Source: Octopus vulgaris
Lineage: Eukaryota
Reading direction: 5' to 3'
Assembly: GCA_951406725.2 (NCBI GenBank)
Contig: OX597835.1
Coordinates: 4,526,001 to 4,590,000 of the forward strand
DNA length: 64,000 nt
This document shows, piece after piece, positions 1 through 17,878 of the stretch. The first letter of the stretch is position 1. Each line of letters opens with the position of its first letter. The notes beneath the pieces are model-generated. The model saw only the letters and a program-made list of their open reading frames with translations, made no database searches and had not been told where the DNA came from. Position numbers and translations under genes: made by a program.

Positions 1-50
1 AGTATTTCAAAGTTACAATCTGTTTTATGCAGGGTTATATCGGAAATATA

Positions 51-331
51 GTGGAGGCACATGGCCTAGTGGTTAGAGCAGCGAACTCGCGGTCGAGGGA
101 TCGCGGGTTCGAATCTCAGACCGGGCGTCGTGTGTGTTTATGAGCGAAACACTTAAGCTCCGCGCGGCTCCGGCAGAAGGTAATGGCGTACTTTTGCTGA
201 CTCTTTCGCCACAATTTTCTCTGCGACGGACCGACGTCCCGTCCAGGTGGGGAACCTTTACGCCAAGAAACCAAGAAACCGGCCCTTTTGAACCAGGCGT
301 GGCTCGAGAAGGAACAAACAAAAACAAACAA
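51..331 (+). mobile_element. tRNA-derived SINE (Arg-like TCG anticodon loop) with target-site duplication
   Basis: A box tggcctagtgg, B box ggttcgaatc, CAAA-type tail; 14-bp TSD ATATCGGAAATATA (37-50) / ATATCGAAAATATA (332-345). Confidence 0.85.
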
Positions 332-358
332 ATATCGAAAATATACATGGCAGTAAAA

Positions 359-423
<65 letters not shown>

Positions 424-530
424 AAAAAGAGATACAGGGGCACAGACAAACAGACAACAAACAGGCAGAAAGGCAGAGGTGTAGTTTGCCTATAGCAGTT
501 TTAAATAGTTTAAAGTGATGGTATTATTTA

Positions 531-665
531 CTTTGCCTTTCATCCTTTCGGGGTCGATAAATTAAGTACCAGTTACGCACTGCGGTCGATATAATCGACT
601 TAATCCGTCTGTCTGTCCTTGTTTGTCCCCTCTGTGTGTAGCCCCTTGTGGGTAGTAAAGAAGTA
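531..665 (+). mobile_element. 5'-truncated SINE, family B
   Basis: Matches the 3' part of the copy at 53111-53348; perfect 11-bp TSD GGTATTATTTA at 520-530 and 666-676. Confidence 0.85.
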
Positions 666-1123
666 GGTATTATTTAAAAAGTGATTGCCTATCTCAAGAT
701 GGCGTCTTTTATGAGGTTGAATCAAACGATGAACGTATCACTATATTTGCATAAAATCTTTCTACAAACAATGTTTGAGTATAAACTATGTTGCGACTTA
801 AAACACTCTGATTTATTGTAAGTCACTCATACTATTTAAGCGTTGCAGAAATATGGTATCGCATTCAAAGGAAATCTGGATAGATTGACATGTAAGCTCG
901 AAGATAAAGGATTATGGTATAACACTGAAGGAGATCAAAATAGAGATTAAAAGAGGGCACGTAGATAATAAGAACGCTTGATTGAATAGGTGTAGAAGAT
1001 GATGTGGAATAATTAGTGTCAAAGAACACCTGTAATTAAATTAATTACAGGTGGCAAATGAATAAATTCTAATAACGTTAACTATCAACGTTCTACTAAC
1101 GTTCTAATAACGTTAACTACCTA

Positions 1124-1294
1124 AGCGTAAGAGTGGCTGTGTGGTAAGTAGCTTGCTTACCAACCACATGGTTCCGGGTTCAGTCCCACAGCGTGGCACC
1201 TTGAGTAAGTGTCTTCTACTATAGCCTCGGGCCGACAAAAGTGTTGTGAGTGGATTTGGTAGACGGAAACCGAAAGAAGCCCGTCGTATATATG

Positions 1295-1368
<74 letters not shown>

Positions 1369-1571
1369 TGTGTCTGTGTTTGTCCCCCCAAAATCGCTTG
1401 GTGTATTTACATCCCCTTAACTTAGCGGTTCGGCAAAAGAGACCGATAGAATAAGTACTAGGCTTACAAAGAATAAGTACTGGGGTCGATTTGCTCGACT
1501 AAAGGTGGTGCTCCAGCATGGCGTCAGTCAAATGACTGAAACAAGTAAAAGAGTAAAAGAGTAAAAGAGTA
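1124..1571 (+). mobile_element. tRNA-derived SINE, family A (internal (TA)n(TG)n, GTAAAAGA tail)
   Basis: A box gtggctgtgtggtaag, B box ggttcagtccc, tail (gtaaaaga)3; closely similar to copies at 20873, 40804 and 54479. Confidence 0.9.
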
Positions 1572-3002
1572 CTATTAGATATCCTTAATGCGATTTAATA
1601 AGATAGTTACACAATAATTGAGTCTAACTTTAAACAATCAAAAGGTGGGGCTCTACAAGAATCTAGAATCCAGGTTTATTTACTGCCACTGTGTAAATTC
1701 TTTGATATGTTTTAGCCAGGTTAACGATACTGAAGCAGCTGTTTTTTTTTTGGTGGGGGGGAATATTGTTGTAGTGGATAGACTGCGACTTTATGTTTTA
1801 GCTTCTATCATCTTGGGAGTAATATGAGATAAATATAGTAGATGAATATAATATTCTAGAGAATGTTCTGGGAATGTGTTCAATAAATTATTTGAAATGC
1901 TTTAAAGTTCCCAAAATCCTACGCTTGTAAGATAAGACTATTTCAAAGGTTTAAATTGTCTGATGATGGCGAAGATAAATTTAAAGGATTCTGAGGTGCA
2001 AAAGTTACAGGGGAATCCGGCTTTTTTATTGTCGGTGCTAAGTTAAGGGCTGACAGAAATCTCTGTTTTGTATTAATAAAACCTTTCGATGGACTTGAAG
2101 TTCGAAACTAGACCCGAGATATAATATCAGGTTTTTCTTATATTAATTTAATCTATCATATTTATGGCATATAAGTCACCCGGACACGCAAAATCCTCTC
2201 TGCATTTCATCTGGGAATATTTAAAAGAAAATTTAGTGTTCTTAAGCATTTAATGTTTATTGATATACGTTGCCATAGTGAGAGGGGAAAATATTTCAAC
2301 TTAGAGCAGGAAGGAAAATATTTTTATTAACAATTCTTCTATAATTTACAAGAGAAAACAAATGTAGTTTCGTAGTTTAGAACATTTTATAACAGCAAGT
2401 TACAACAAGCGATGAAAATAGAGGCATACCAGGAAAATAAACAACAAAATGCATTATTTTACTGTGAAAATAGAGATAAATGCTGAGTGCCGTATTAAAA
2501 AAATGGCAGCAAAAATCAAAACCATCTTGGAAAGCATTTACACATGTTACTGGTAAAGTTGGAACATAAAACAGAGATAAAACCAGTTTAACAATGAAAT
2601 AAAGCATTTTCGAAGAGATAAAGCTACCAAGCAGAAAACAATAACAAGTTCTTAAAAAAAAATATCTGTGATCTTTAACAAAAGCATTTATTATCTTGAA
2701 ATCCTATGAAATTTGAATGTCGTTTCGTCATAATCCGCAGGGATTTTCTCGGCAACGAATAGTTTTTATGCCCATTGAAAATGTTAAAATGTTAATAGCA
2801 AGGTTCTGATTCTGCAGAATTCTGGAATTCTTTGTCTGTCTGTCTTGGAATCTGCTGGCTTCCGTTGACTCGTTAGTTTGGTAGAAGCGGATTTCCTTGT
2901 GTTGTTGTCATTTCAAGTTACGGGCAATGGAGGCGCTGGCCAACGAGTTTCGCGTTTATCTGGGGTGGGGGGTTAAATGCAGTTTGAAACTGTTTATCTC
3001 GT

Positions 3003-3004
<2 letters not shown>

Positions 3005-3072
<68 letters not shown>

Positions 3073-3077
3073 TAATG

Positions 3078-3175
<98 letters not shown>

Positions 3176-3194
3176 AATAATAATAACAATAATG

Positions 3195-3261
<67 letters not shown>

Positions 3262-3275
3262 TGATGATGATGATA

Positions 3276-3322
<47 letters not shown>

Positions 3323-3410
3323 GGTGGTGGTGGTGGTGGTGGTGGTGGTGGTGGTGGTGGTGGTGGTGGTGGTGGTGGTGGTGGTGATGCTACTGCTGAA
3401 GATGATGATG
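3005..3410. repeat. Compound trinucleotide tract (AAT)n-(GAT)n-(GGT)n
   Basis: Direct reading. Confidence 0.95.
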
Positions 3411-4531
3411 AGGTATTTTGTCTGATGCTCTAACGATGTAGAAATATGTAGAAACAACTGGTTAAATATGTACGTACCAGTGGACATTTCAACTCACATA
3501 CAAGACCCAGGGCTATATCTGTTTGTAGCCTTCATAGAGGAGACAAATATGGGTTTAATCACCCACAATCACAGAATATCACCATCGTTGAAAAGAAAAA
3601 AAAAAGAAAGGATATATTGAATATACTGTATATAATGTATATTGTGATGTATGGACAAAAATACGATGATGTGATGGCTGGAATACTTTTCATTGTAAAT
3701 TTACTTGATGTGGCCTAACCTGGGGCTATACAACAACACCGACAACAAAACACTTCTGCTCTATCTAACGACCATAGATGGCTGAACCACAATGATCTTA
3801 ATGAGGGATTGAAATCCGGTATGAATGTTACCATATAGAGTAGTATATTTGGGTGTGAAAGTAGAGAAGGGTGGCCAGTTTTTCCTGTCATTCTTTTATA
3901 AAACCCTTCAATGTCCATTCCCTAACAACTTATATCATCTTTAGTCATGTTGTAACAGTTGGATTACTTTGTACTGTTGAGGTTTGATAACACTGGAACA
4001 TGCCCTGAGATGTCACCACTCCACTCTATATTTAATTCTAGGATTGTCGCCCTTGTTTTTCGTAACCATAGCTAGACACAAAGATAATGTTTTTTTCCTT
4101 TTCACAATAATGCAATTTTACGTTACTTAGAATTCCTTGGCTTACAACATTAACTGTGTTTGCACCGATTTTACTGTTGAGTTTTCAAGTAGCAGGCGTC
4201 CCTGAGTATTGCCTCCTCCCCCGTTATTCTCATAGCCAGCTTCCTGCTGTTGTTATTTATGGTCTGGTTGATCAGCAATCAATGACATAGAGGTAGCATT
4301 ACGTTCTGGCCTCTCGTATGGAGCGATATCTCAGTGGGAGCAGCGGTGTCGCTGTGACAATACACCAGCAAAATTAATTGGAGACATCACTACACAGCGT
4401 AGGAATCAATGTTTATAGGACGTTTAAAACATATTTAGTGTCAGTTTATTAGAAATAGTTGTGTGTATATATATATGCATATATACATATATATATATAT
4501 ACATAGATACATACATATATACATACATACA

Positions 4532-4569
<38 letters not shown>

Positions 4570-4652
4570 CACGCACACACACATATACACATACATATAT
4601 ATTGTTGATGTGCGTGCCCATAAAGATGCGCCCGCCACTCAGTATTCGTGTA

Positions 4653-4720
<68 letters not shown>

Positions 4721-5138
4721 CGTGTGTGATGTATAGGATACGAAACAGTGGAGGCATTGGTGTGTCTGCAGTTTCATTTATGAGCAAGCTAATCAGTTAC
4801 AATCAATATTAGATTTCGTCAATAAATTTACACGTCAAAACGTGAGCTGCGAAATATCATCTGGAGTGTATATGGGGTGAAGGAGTGGGGGAGAGAGGGA
4901 GAGGGAGAAGGAGAGAGAGAAGGGGGGGGAATGGGAAGAAAGGGAAACGAAACGGGAGGGAGAGAAAGTGAGAGAATAAGGAGGAGGAAGGGATGTGCTG
5001 GGGTGGGTTGGAGTTGAGTGAATGAGAGAATATCTGATCCGGAGGAGCAATTAGAAAATCAAAGGTGCGTTGTATTTGCGCGTTTATGTGTGTGTGTGTA
5101 TGTGTGTGTGTGTCTACATGGATGTCTATGCATGTACG

Positions 5139-5186
<48 letters not shown>

Positions 5187-5254
5187 TGTATGCATGCTCA
5201 TATATTTGTTATATATGTAGATATTATGTATTTGTATGTGTATATATATATGTA

Positions 5255-5378
<124 letters not shown>

Positions 5379-5451
5379 CATGCATATATAATGGTAGGTG
5401 TGTGTGTAGATAGGTAGTAATTGTAGGCATCGCTCTTCAGATGATTAAAAA

Positions 5452-5486
<35 letters not shown>

Positions 5487-5535
5487 AAGAGAAGAAAAGA
5501 GAGAGATAAAATGAGAAAGAGATAAAGAAAGAGAA

Positions 5536-5584
<49 letters not shown>

Positions 5585-5871
5585 CTGAAAAAAGAGACGA
5601 GACAGAGAAAGAGAAAGAGAAATGGTGGTTAGATGAAGAAGCGTAGAGTGAGACAGACACGAATTGAAGTGGGAGAAGTGGTGGTGGGGGGGTGCCGAAT
5701 AAAATAGAAGAGAAAAGAGTATGTCAGTGGTGTGGGGCACGGAAGTTCGGGGCGGAGTTGAAGAAATAGATGTTAGACAAGAATAGTGTGTTGTTTGTGA
5801 TAGTTTCAGCGAGAGTTAGGGGCTGGGGTGTATATATGTATGTACGTATAAATGTATGTATGTATTATGTA

Positions 5872-5904
<33 letters not shown>

Positions 5905-5921
5905 ATGTATGTATGTATGTA

Positions 5922-5952
<31 letters not shown>

Positions 5953-6240
5953 TATGTATGTATGTATGTATGTGTGTGTGTATGTATGTATGTATGTATA
6001 TCTATATCTATCTATCTATCTATCTATCTATACATACATACATCCATACATACATGTATATATATGTATGTGTGTGTATGTACATCTATATCTATACATA
6101 TATACATAAATGTATACATGTATGTATGCATGTATGTATGTATGTATGTATGTATGTATGTATGTATGTATGTATGTATGTATGTATGTATGTTTGTATG
6201 TACGTATGAATGTATGTGTGTATGTTAGCCAGGCAGATAA

Positions 6241-6362
<122 letters not shown>

Positions 6363-6660
6363 TGATAGATAGATGGATGGATAAATAGATAGATAGATTG
6401 ATAGATAGATAGAAAAAGCAGAGACCAAGAAGAAAGAGAAAGTGGGGAACGGAAAAATAAATGGCGTTGTTGCTCATTCGCAGGTTGATCCATCCATGAC
6501 TGTCCCATCAAATGTTCATGTGTAATTTAGATGTAAAAGCTACAATATTCAATGTCCTCTTTTTCTTTTTTTGTTTTGAAGACGGTATCAGTGTGTGATT
6601 TAAAGCAAAACTGAAGACCATATAGGGGCTCCCTCTCTCTCTCTTTTACTCATGTTGTTG

Positions 6661-6692
<32 letters not shown>

Positions 6693-6856
6693 GGTGGTGG
6701 TGCTGAGAAATCACGAGTATCAGTATAAATGTCGGACTCCTCAGAACAGCGGGAGTTCTGTTAGAATCCGAGACTCTTCTGTAACTGGAACTGTAGACAA
6801 CTTAATGATGCGAAATAAATAACAGCAGCAGCAGCAGCGGCAGCAGCAGCAGCAGC

Positions 6857-6887
<31 letters not shown>

Positions 6888-7212
6888 GCAACAGCAACAA
6901 CAACGATAACGATGACAACGTCAATTATATATTAATATCATATTCTGTATAAAAACTTCGCCATCAATTTTTCAAATCACTTCTCTTGTTCGACCCCCCC
7001 TCCCCCCACCCCCTTCTCACCTCTTTTTTTCATTCGCCCTTTATTTTCTCTTCCCTTTCTTTCTATCTTTGCTATTTTTCTTCTCTTTCTTCCCCTCCTC
7101 CTCCTCCTCTTCCTCCTCCTCTCTTTCTTTCAATGTTTCACTCTTTCCTCGACATTTCTTCACCTTCATAAACTTTTTACGTCATCATTTTTTCTTTCTT
7201 TCCTTCTTTTCC

Positions 7213-7255
<43 letters not shown>

Positions 7256-7805
7256 CTCTCTCTCTCTCTCTCTCCACCATATTTTCTACCACTACAACCA
7301 TCAAAATTGCCAACATCATCATCATTACCACTGCTACCACTGTCACTAGCACCACCACCACCACCACCACCACTGTCATCATTACAATCATAATGACATT
7401 ACGGCTCTTTACCTTTAGAGTTCAAATCTGGCCGAAGTCATCTTTGCGTGTCATACTTTCAGGTTCCATAACAGAAAAATAGTTGTCAAAAAACAAAAGA
7501 AAATACGCGGATCGATGGGATCGAATAACCCCTGCCCCTCAGAATTGTTGGCCTTGTGTCTAAATAGAAAATTTAATTATAATATTCGGCGTTCTAACAA
7601 AACATCCACGTTAAGTTGGATATAAAGATTGCTTTTAGCATTAATACTATGTCTGTCAATCCGTAAAAACGTGTAGAGAAAGTAGGATTTGCCGAACAGG
7701 AATTAAAATGGAAACATGAACATATCTACTCACACTTGAACCGTTAATTCCATTTTGTTTCTTTCCGTTATTTTTCGTTCTCACTCCATTTCCCCTCTCA
7801 CCATC

Positions 7806-7841
7806 TTTTCTGTCGAAGAGCATTTGGTCGAAATGTCAAAG
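7806..7841 (+). ncRNA. Decayed minimal type-I hammerhead motif (A6U family)
   Basis: tttt CTGTCGA a gagc attt ggtc GAAA tg TC aaag; homologous to 38024-38059; followed by a (TA)n tail. Confidence 0.5.
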
Positions 7842-7895
7842 ACCTTTCCGTTCTTCCCGAGCTTAAAACTAATTCTCCTGCTTGTTGTTTCCTCA

Positions 7896-7947
<52 letters not shown>

Positions 7948-8193
7948 GGGAATATGATTCCAAACTTACAGGGAAGAATTCAATTTAGTAATACTAAATC
8001 AAATATAGCCACGAAACACGTGTAGTAATTATATATTACTTATTTATTATTTAGTACTTTATTTAGTTCTAGGTAAATGTTTTATCGTACCTTTAATTTT
8101 TTTCTATATAGTATGATTTAAGTATATCATTGTTGAATTGCTTCATGGTGGTTCTTCTCTAATTTATATACATGTATATATATATATATACAC

Positions 8194-8264
<71 letters not shown>

Positions 8265-8285
8265 ATGTAAGTATGTATATATATA

Positions 8286-10239
<1,954 letters not shown>

Positions 10240-10280
10240 TATATTTGTATATGTATATATATATATGTATATATATATAC

Positions 10281-10351
<71 letters not shown>

Positions 10352-10386
10352 TTGTATATGTATATATATATATACATATATATATT

Positions 10387-10482
<96 letters not shown>

Positions 10483-11588
10483 GAGATATATATATTAGGC
10501 AAAATTTGCTGGGAGAGATATGAAAGAAAACTGTTGAATAAGGAGATGAGGAAGAAATGACCAAAGGAATCGTTCATTCAACCATCACTGCCTCTACCGT
10601 CGCAGCCATCACCGAGACCACCTCCACCTTAATTACTATGATTGCCATACTCTCCAACACGACCACCACCACCACTACCACCACAATGCATCTCACAACA
10701 ATCCCACCACACACACTTAACCGCCAACCCCTCAATATATGTCTAAATCCGAGCAAATGATTGAATGGATGGAGAGAGAAACTTCTGTAATTGGAGACTG
10801 GAGGACAAGCAAGTATTTTATCATAAAAACGCTTAATTCTAGTTGAGGAGCAAGGAATTCCCAGAATGCATCATTTAGAGACAATATATTTTCTTTGCAG
10901 ACATTTTGACCCTTTTTCCTTCATTTTATTTTGCTCTAGGCTTTCCATATTCTCTCTTTTTCCGGTCTTTATTTTCCATAATTCATTTGACGGCCACCCA
11001 GGAGGGTCTTAGAAAAAGAGGAGTAAAGAGTAGGAGTAGGGTAGTAGCGAAAAAAAGGGGAGGGTTTGGGGGAGTAAAAGCCCCCTTCTTGTTATACGCC
11101 TGCGATCTTTTACCCTTCTTTTTATCATTATTTGTTTCGGCTTTTCTTTTACTGTTTATTTTGTTTTCCTATTGTTTTATAGGGCTGAGAGTTGACTTGT
11201 ACCGCATTCAATGGTATTTACATATCCCCTTATATATAAAAATGTCTTGGGGAAGGAGGGCCGTGTAGTGGAAGGGGTTAATTCATTGAGAACGAAGTGC
11301 AATTAGATGAGGGTGTGTGGTAGTGTGGGATGTGGCATGTAAAAGACATTGTTAGTAGGAATGAGACCGAAGACTAAATCGTTTTTTTTTATAGCTAATA
11401 CGGCATTTGTATTTTAGGGGTTAAAACTATTTCTGTAGTTTTATCCATGTACATTTTATATATTATATATGTATATATTTGTAGCGATATATATGTGTGT
11501 GTGTAAATGCATGCACACAGACACAAACATGAAAACACAGACTGACACACACACAGATAGGCACACACACACATACTTCTATCTATCC

Positions 11589-11685
<97 letters not shown>

Positions 11686-12172
11686 CATACATACATACAC
11701 ACGCATATGTATTTATATTTGTGTGTATATATATATAATCAAAATAGGCAACAGGATATCAAGTAGTGATGCAGTACGACCGTTTCAAGCAGCTCCATTT
11801 AATTGAACAATATATTAACAAGTAGAACACATTAATATAATTTTTCTCAATTAGTTTAACAGAGCAAGAAGATGGAAGAAATTCATTTTATATATATATA
11901 TATGAAAGTATAATGTATGTGTTAATATTAATGTAAGATCTATTATATAAGTAATTAGGTAACGAAACAACTGTAAACTATGGAATATACAGCTAGTATC
12001 TCACATTAATTCCCTTATTTTTTATATATACACACGCTGATATATGACCTATGTTGGAGACTCCTTATTCGCATAATCACCAAACCTGGAGCTTAACTAT
12101 AGCCTATCCATAGCACTTGCTCAGCATTACCTGACACCTTTGGGTCTTACTGACAACATTACCTCTTATAAC

Positions 12173-12215
<43 letters not shown>

Positions 12216-12348
12216 GATAGATAGACAGACAGAGAGAAAGATAAATAGATAGATCGATGGTTCAAATTTACAAAAAACAAAAGACTAAGATAGTTGAGAG
12301 AACAACAATTGGGTGCATTAGTTTGACGCTCGGGAAGAATGGAAAAGT

Positions 12349-12384
12349 CTTTAACGTTTCGGTTCTACGCTCTTCGACAAACAG
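12349..12384 (-). ncRNA. Decayed minimal hammerhead motif (A6U family) in a PLE-type terminus
   Basis: ctgt TTGTCGA a gagc gtag aacc GAAA cg TT aaag. Confidence 0.45.
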
Positions 12385-12477
12385 AATTGAGAGAAAAAGA
12401 AATGGAGACAGAACGAAAAATAGTAATAGACAGAGAAATATGTAGGGATTAACGGTTACACACGCACAAACACATTC

Positions 12478-12541
<64 letters not shown>

Positions 12542-12880
12542 ACAATTTAATAAATAGAACATATGCATACATACATACATATATGTACATACCTACATCT
12601 ATATGCATATATACATGCATATATGAGTACAGGACACCACAAATAAACGTAGAACACAGCGAGAAACGAAAACATAAAATCAAACAAGGAAACGGACTTT
12701 TTTTTTAACAACGAAAAAACAGAGCACAAGACAAACAATACATTAGCTGCCCCTGTTTCGACTCAATGCGTGTTTCGAAGGTAAGGGCAGAACACGATTC
12801 GGCCGAAGCAGTCCTTTCTGTAAAATGAATTAAATAAAATTCTTTTGCAGAGGGGTAAAAAAAAGTGACAAGAACATGAC

Positions 12881-12940
<60 letters not shown>

Positions 12941-13292
12941 GTATATGTGTATGTATGTATGTATATAAACAAGATGGATTCCCACGCAGTATACAACCTT
13001 CTTAGACTAATAGCCAACTTCTGTGTGGAGAGACATTTGTTACTTATTATTATGTACTGTCATTACAATCCCAGACTCAGCTAAACTGGTCAGTCTGTTT
13101 TCCATAACAGTACACATACATGCATTCATTACTTCCTTTATTGTGTAATGCACAGAGTTTTTAGGACGAATTGAAATGTAAATTGTACAAATTTTTTGCT
13201 AATGAAAAACAGAATTTTTGCATCGCTGTGAAAATAAATGAAGAAGTTACACCACATCTGCTAAATGTTTATTGAAGTGGGGGTGCTTGGAG

Positions 13293-13335
13293 TTTCTGGT
13301 TAGTTTCGTGTGTTCTTAAGCTTTCATCAGAGAAA
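13293..13335 (-). ncRNA. Decayed hammerhead-like motif
   Basis: tttct CTGATGA ... GAAA ctaa cc agaaa: 5-bp stem I intact, stems II and III eroded, AATAAA about 20 nt downstream on the same strand. Confidence 0.3.
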
Positions 13336-13553
13336 GTATAGTCATGTTCTGTGTTGGGTGTGATTAGTGGTTTTAGATCAAGGGGTGAGAGAGAGGGGGA
13401 AGGAGAGAGAAAGACCAAGGGGAAGAGGAAGAGATGGCGAGAGACAGAGATAGAATATAAAAGATAATAATTTGCAGAAGAGAATTATTTTATATACATG
13501 TGAGTGCGTGTGTGTATATACATACATACATATATATATTCGGTTAGGGTTAG

Positions 13554-13592
<39 letters not shown>

Positions 13593-13602
13593 TGTATGCA
13601 TG

Positions 13603-13645
<43 letters not shown>

Positions 13646-13693
13646 ATAAACTCATACACATATAAATACTTACATATATATATTTATATTTAG

Positions 13694-13736
<43 letters not shown>

Positions 13737-13765
13737 TATACATATACATATGTATGTATATATTC

Positions 13766-13825
<60 letters not shown>

Positions 13826-14140
13826 CATATACATATGTATGTATATATTCATATATAAGTATATATATATATATATACATATGTCTATATACATTATAAT
13901 ATATGTAAATAATTATATATATATATATTTATATATATATATATATATATATAAATATATATATACACGCACAAACATGTGTGCACAAGCGTATACTTAT
14001 ACATATATTCAAAGACGCGCATAATAATAAGCATGCGTATATGTGTATGTGTGTGTGTATGTGTGTTTGTGTGTGTGTATAGTTATATGTTCATATTTAT
14101 GAATGTGTTAAGTATTTTTACAAATATGTTTCTGTATGTA

Positions 14141-14182
<42 letters not shown>

Positions 14183-14352
14183 TATCATGTATACATATGT
14201 ATGTATCCATATGTGTTTATGTGAATGCTCGTGACACAGTGGTGTGTTTAATGTGTATATTAGTTTTGAGAGAGTTTGCTTTTATTGCCAACAGGTGTCA
14301 CTACTTTCGCCTCTTATGAGAAGATAAAGCTACAATAACAATACAACCCACC

Positions 14353-14398
<46 letters not shown>

Positions 14399-14522
14399 GA
14401 AGTATTAGTAGTAGTAGTTGTTTTTGTTGTAGTAGTGTGTATATTTGCAATAATTATGAGAATTAGCTAACTACGAAATTGTTGCAGCGATCTGTGTATG
14501 CGTTTGTGTGTGTGTGCATGTG

Positions 14523-14580
<58 letters not shown>

Positions 14581-14834
14581 GAAAGATAAGACACGTATAT
14601 TATCAATATACATATGTGTTATATACAAGCAAACGCCGCCACCTCCTTCCCCTTTCCGCTTCCTCCTCCTCCTCCTCCCCCTCCTCCTCGTCCAGCTGGT
14701 TTATACGAGATGGAAATGTCTGAGATGGTTTCTGTAAAGTGTTGTCTTTTGACAAATGGTTCGGATCATATCTTTTTATGTTTTTACTACCTGACTTACT
14801 TCATGGGGCATTCGTTATCAGTACCGTTGGCAAT

Positions 14835-14867
<33 letters not shown>

Positions 14868-14986
14868 CATACGTACACATATGTATGTATGTATGTATGT
14901 GTATGTAGTTATCGCCAAAGTAACAGGGCAGTCCAGAAAAATAGGACGAATGCTCTCGTTGATTAGTTCCAAGAGGCCATCACCTC

Positions 14987-15056
<70 letters not shown>

Positions 15057-15057
15057 G

Positions 15058-15330
15058 TGAGATGCTTGGTTTAGTGATCAGGGCATTCCGCTCACAACCG
15101 TACGGTCGTGAGTTCAATTCCCGGCGATGCGTTGTGTCCTTGAGAAAGACACCTTATTTCACGTTCCTCCAGTCCATTCAGTTGTCAAAAATGAGTACTG
15201 CTTGTATTTCAAAGGGGCCGGCTGAATCTACCCGAGAATTACGTTAAGGGTACACGTGCCTGTGGAGTGTGCAGCCACTTGCACGTTAGTTTCACGAGCA
15301 AGCTGTTCCGTTGATCGTATCAGCTGTTCC
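15058..15330 (+). mobile_element. tRNA-derived SINE, family C (CORE-like central domain)
   Basis: A/B boxes (tggtttagtg, gagttcaattc) followed by gtgtccttgagaaagacaccttatttcacgtt; related to 52681-52976 (+) and a degenerate copy near 19150-19390 (-). Confidence 0.7.
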
Positions 15331-15346
15331 TTATATATATATATAT

Positions 15347-15429
<83 letters not shown>

Positions 15430-15789
15430 TCAGCATTGATAGCTCTTTGAGCCGTCCGACCGTTTACCTGTGTGTCATAAGCCTTCCCAACCACCACCAC
15501 CGCCACTGCCACTACCATCTCAACGACAGCCACAACAAGGATTGTGACATCCATCTTTAGCCTGTAACATCAGTCACTCATTTTCCTCCGAACCGAACAC
15601 TCTGTTCGACTTCTCTTTATCCAACAATGGCTTCCCAAATCACTTGTCCGTAGAACTTAATGGGCATTGATGCTTGATCCCACATTTCTTCCAAAGCAAC
15701 ATCATTTTGTGGTGGGTGGAGAATAGTCCTGAGTCTGTGTGCTTCTGTGTGTGTGTGTGCCTGGGAAGTTGTGTGTGGTTGTGTGCGTG

Positions 15790-15837
<48 letters not shown>

Positions 15838-16707
15838 TGTGTGTGCCTGGGAAATTGTGTGTGTTTGTGTACAACATTGTTGCTTACCTTAATTCAGGCC
15901 TGATGAAGAAGACCTTATGTTCAAAGGCAACCCATCTATGACCAACCTGATATAATCTCCAGGCATACCTAGTATGCCTAAGAGTACGTTCAACAAAGTT
16001 CCAAGATCGTCTTCAGCCTTATGACAGTTGCTGTTTCCAAGTTGAACAACTCCGAGGATCATTAATTGGACCAGTGTGCGTGTGTGTGCAACATGGCGTG
16101 CGAATAAGTATCTATGTGCGTGCGTGTGTTTAAGTTTGTGTGTGTGTGTGTGTATGTGTGTGTGTGTGCGTGTGTGTGTTTAACATGGCGTGCGAAAAAG
16201 CATGTTTGTGTATATGTGTTGTGTATGAGCCTTATTAGATAAACAGAAGGGGAGGCGGGATAAGACTTGGATAAAAATTGTCTGACTTCACCTGAAAAAT
16301 AAATAAAAGCAAAAACACACATTTTTTTTTAAAGTCAAAAGACGAATTTATGTTTTTTTGTAAAAAAAAGTGTATTTCTTAATTTGTTCCTGAGTTTATA
16401 TATTTATTTGTTTGTTTGTTTGTGTCTATCGCAAAAACCACATCAAATCGCTAAACGCGTTGTTCCTAGATTTGGTTGCAAGATTGGTGCGGCCATTTCA
16501 GTACGTTTCCTTGTCAAACCTGTTATCGTTTGGTAACGTTATCGGGAACATTATGACAAATTGCTCCAGGACTTGAATCGCAAGAAAGAAATGCTTGGCT
16601 TGGCCAGCCTTCATCATCATCATCATCATCACCATCATCATCACCATCGTTCTTGTTACTATTTTTAGTAGTAGCAGAATTAACACTTTTTTGAGGCGAT
16701 ATTACTA

Positions 16708-16772
<65 letters not shown>

Positions 16773-16815
16773 GTTGTTGTTGTTGTTGTTGTTGTTATTA
16801 TTATTGTTGTTATTA

Positions 16816-16908
<93 letters not shown>

Positions 16909-17018
16909 TTATTATTATAGTCGTTTTCGAAATCTGATAGGTTAGCCCATCCGATGAATCGGCTTGGCGCCACAGGCTGTGCCCCTGGGGCATGGTTCGT
17001 GAACAAATCCACAATCAC

Positions 17019-17052
<34 letters not shown>

Positions 17053-17269
17053 TTCAATAAAAACAACGATACGACTTCTTTCCAACGAAAAAAAAATAAT
17101 TAATAAATAAAAGAGAATACATTTCAAGTTCTAAATGTATTTAAAGTTACGACTGAATAGGTTGTAATATATATATATATATATATATATATTTCTGTAT
17201 ATATATATATCTGTGAGTATGTGTGTGCGTGCGCAAGTGTCTGCGTATACATAGGATATATATGTATTT

Positions 17270-17313
<44 letters not shown>

Positions 17314-17425
17314 CACATATATAAATCAAAGGTAGGACAAGCGGAAATTAACAAAACAAAACATGCGGAAAAACAGACGATAACATAACAAACGGCAAAC
17401 GGGACAATAACAAGATACACAAATC

Positions 17426-17469
<44 letters not shown>

Positions 17470-17624
17470 ATGCATGTATATATACAGGTATGGCTTCTTG
17501 TGAACTATTATGAAAACTACAATGTACTTCAGTAATCAATATATTGCAACCGGTATATACAGAACAGTCGCTACCGTTGCAGATAAGGCATACTTACACA
17601 CGCACAAGTACACACTCACTCATA

Positions 17625-17663
<39 letters not shown>

Positions 17664-17796
17664 ATCACCACCACCACATAGACACACGCACGCACACACA
17701 CATATACATACATATACACATATATATATATATATGCACATATAGATACATAAATGTATATATGAATATATATGTATAAGTATATATGTATGCATA

Positions 17797-17839
<43 letters not shown>

Positions 17840-17844
17840 GAAAG

Positions 17845-17878
<34 letters not shown>

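Noticed and set aside
53-125. tRNA-Arg-like gene (also 28110-28182)
   Set aside because: It continues into a SINE body with a tail and TSD, so it is a SINE head.
2897-2975. LRAMEALANEF as a possible Lbx exon-1 motif
   Set aside because: Only a vague resemblance; no eh1 motif and no convincing phase-1 donor, and it runs into (AAT)n.
13542-13554. GGTTAGGGTTAGG telomere-like repeat
   Set aside because: Two units only; compatible with chance.
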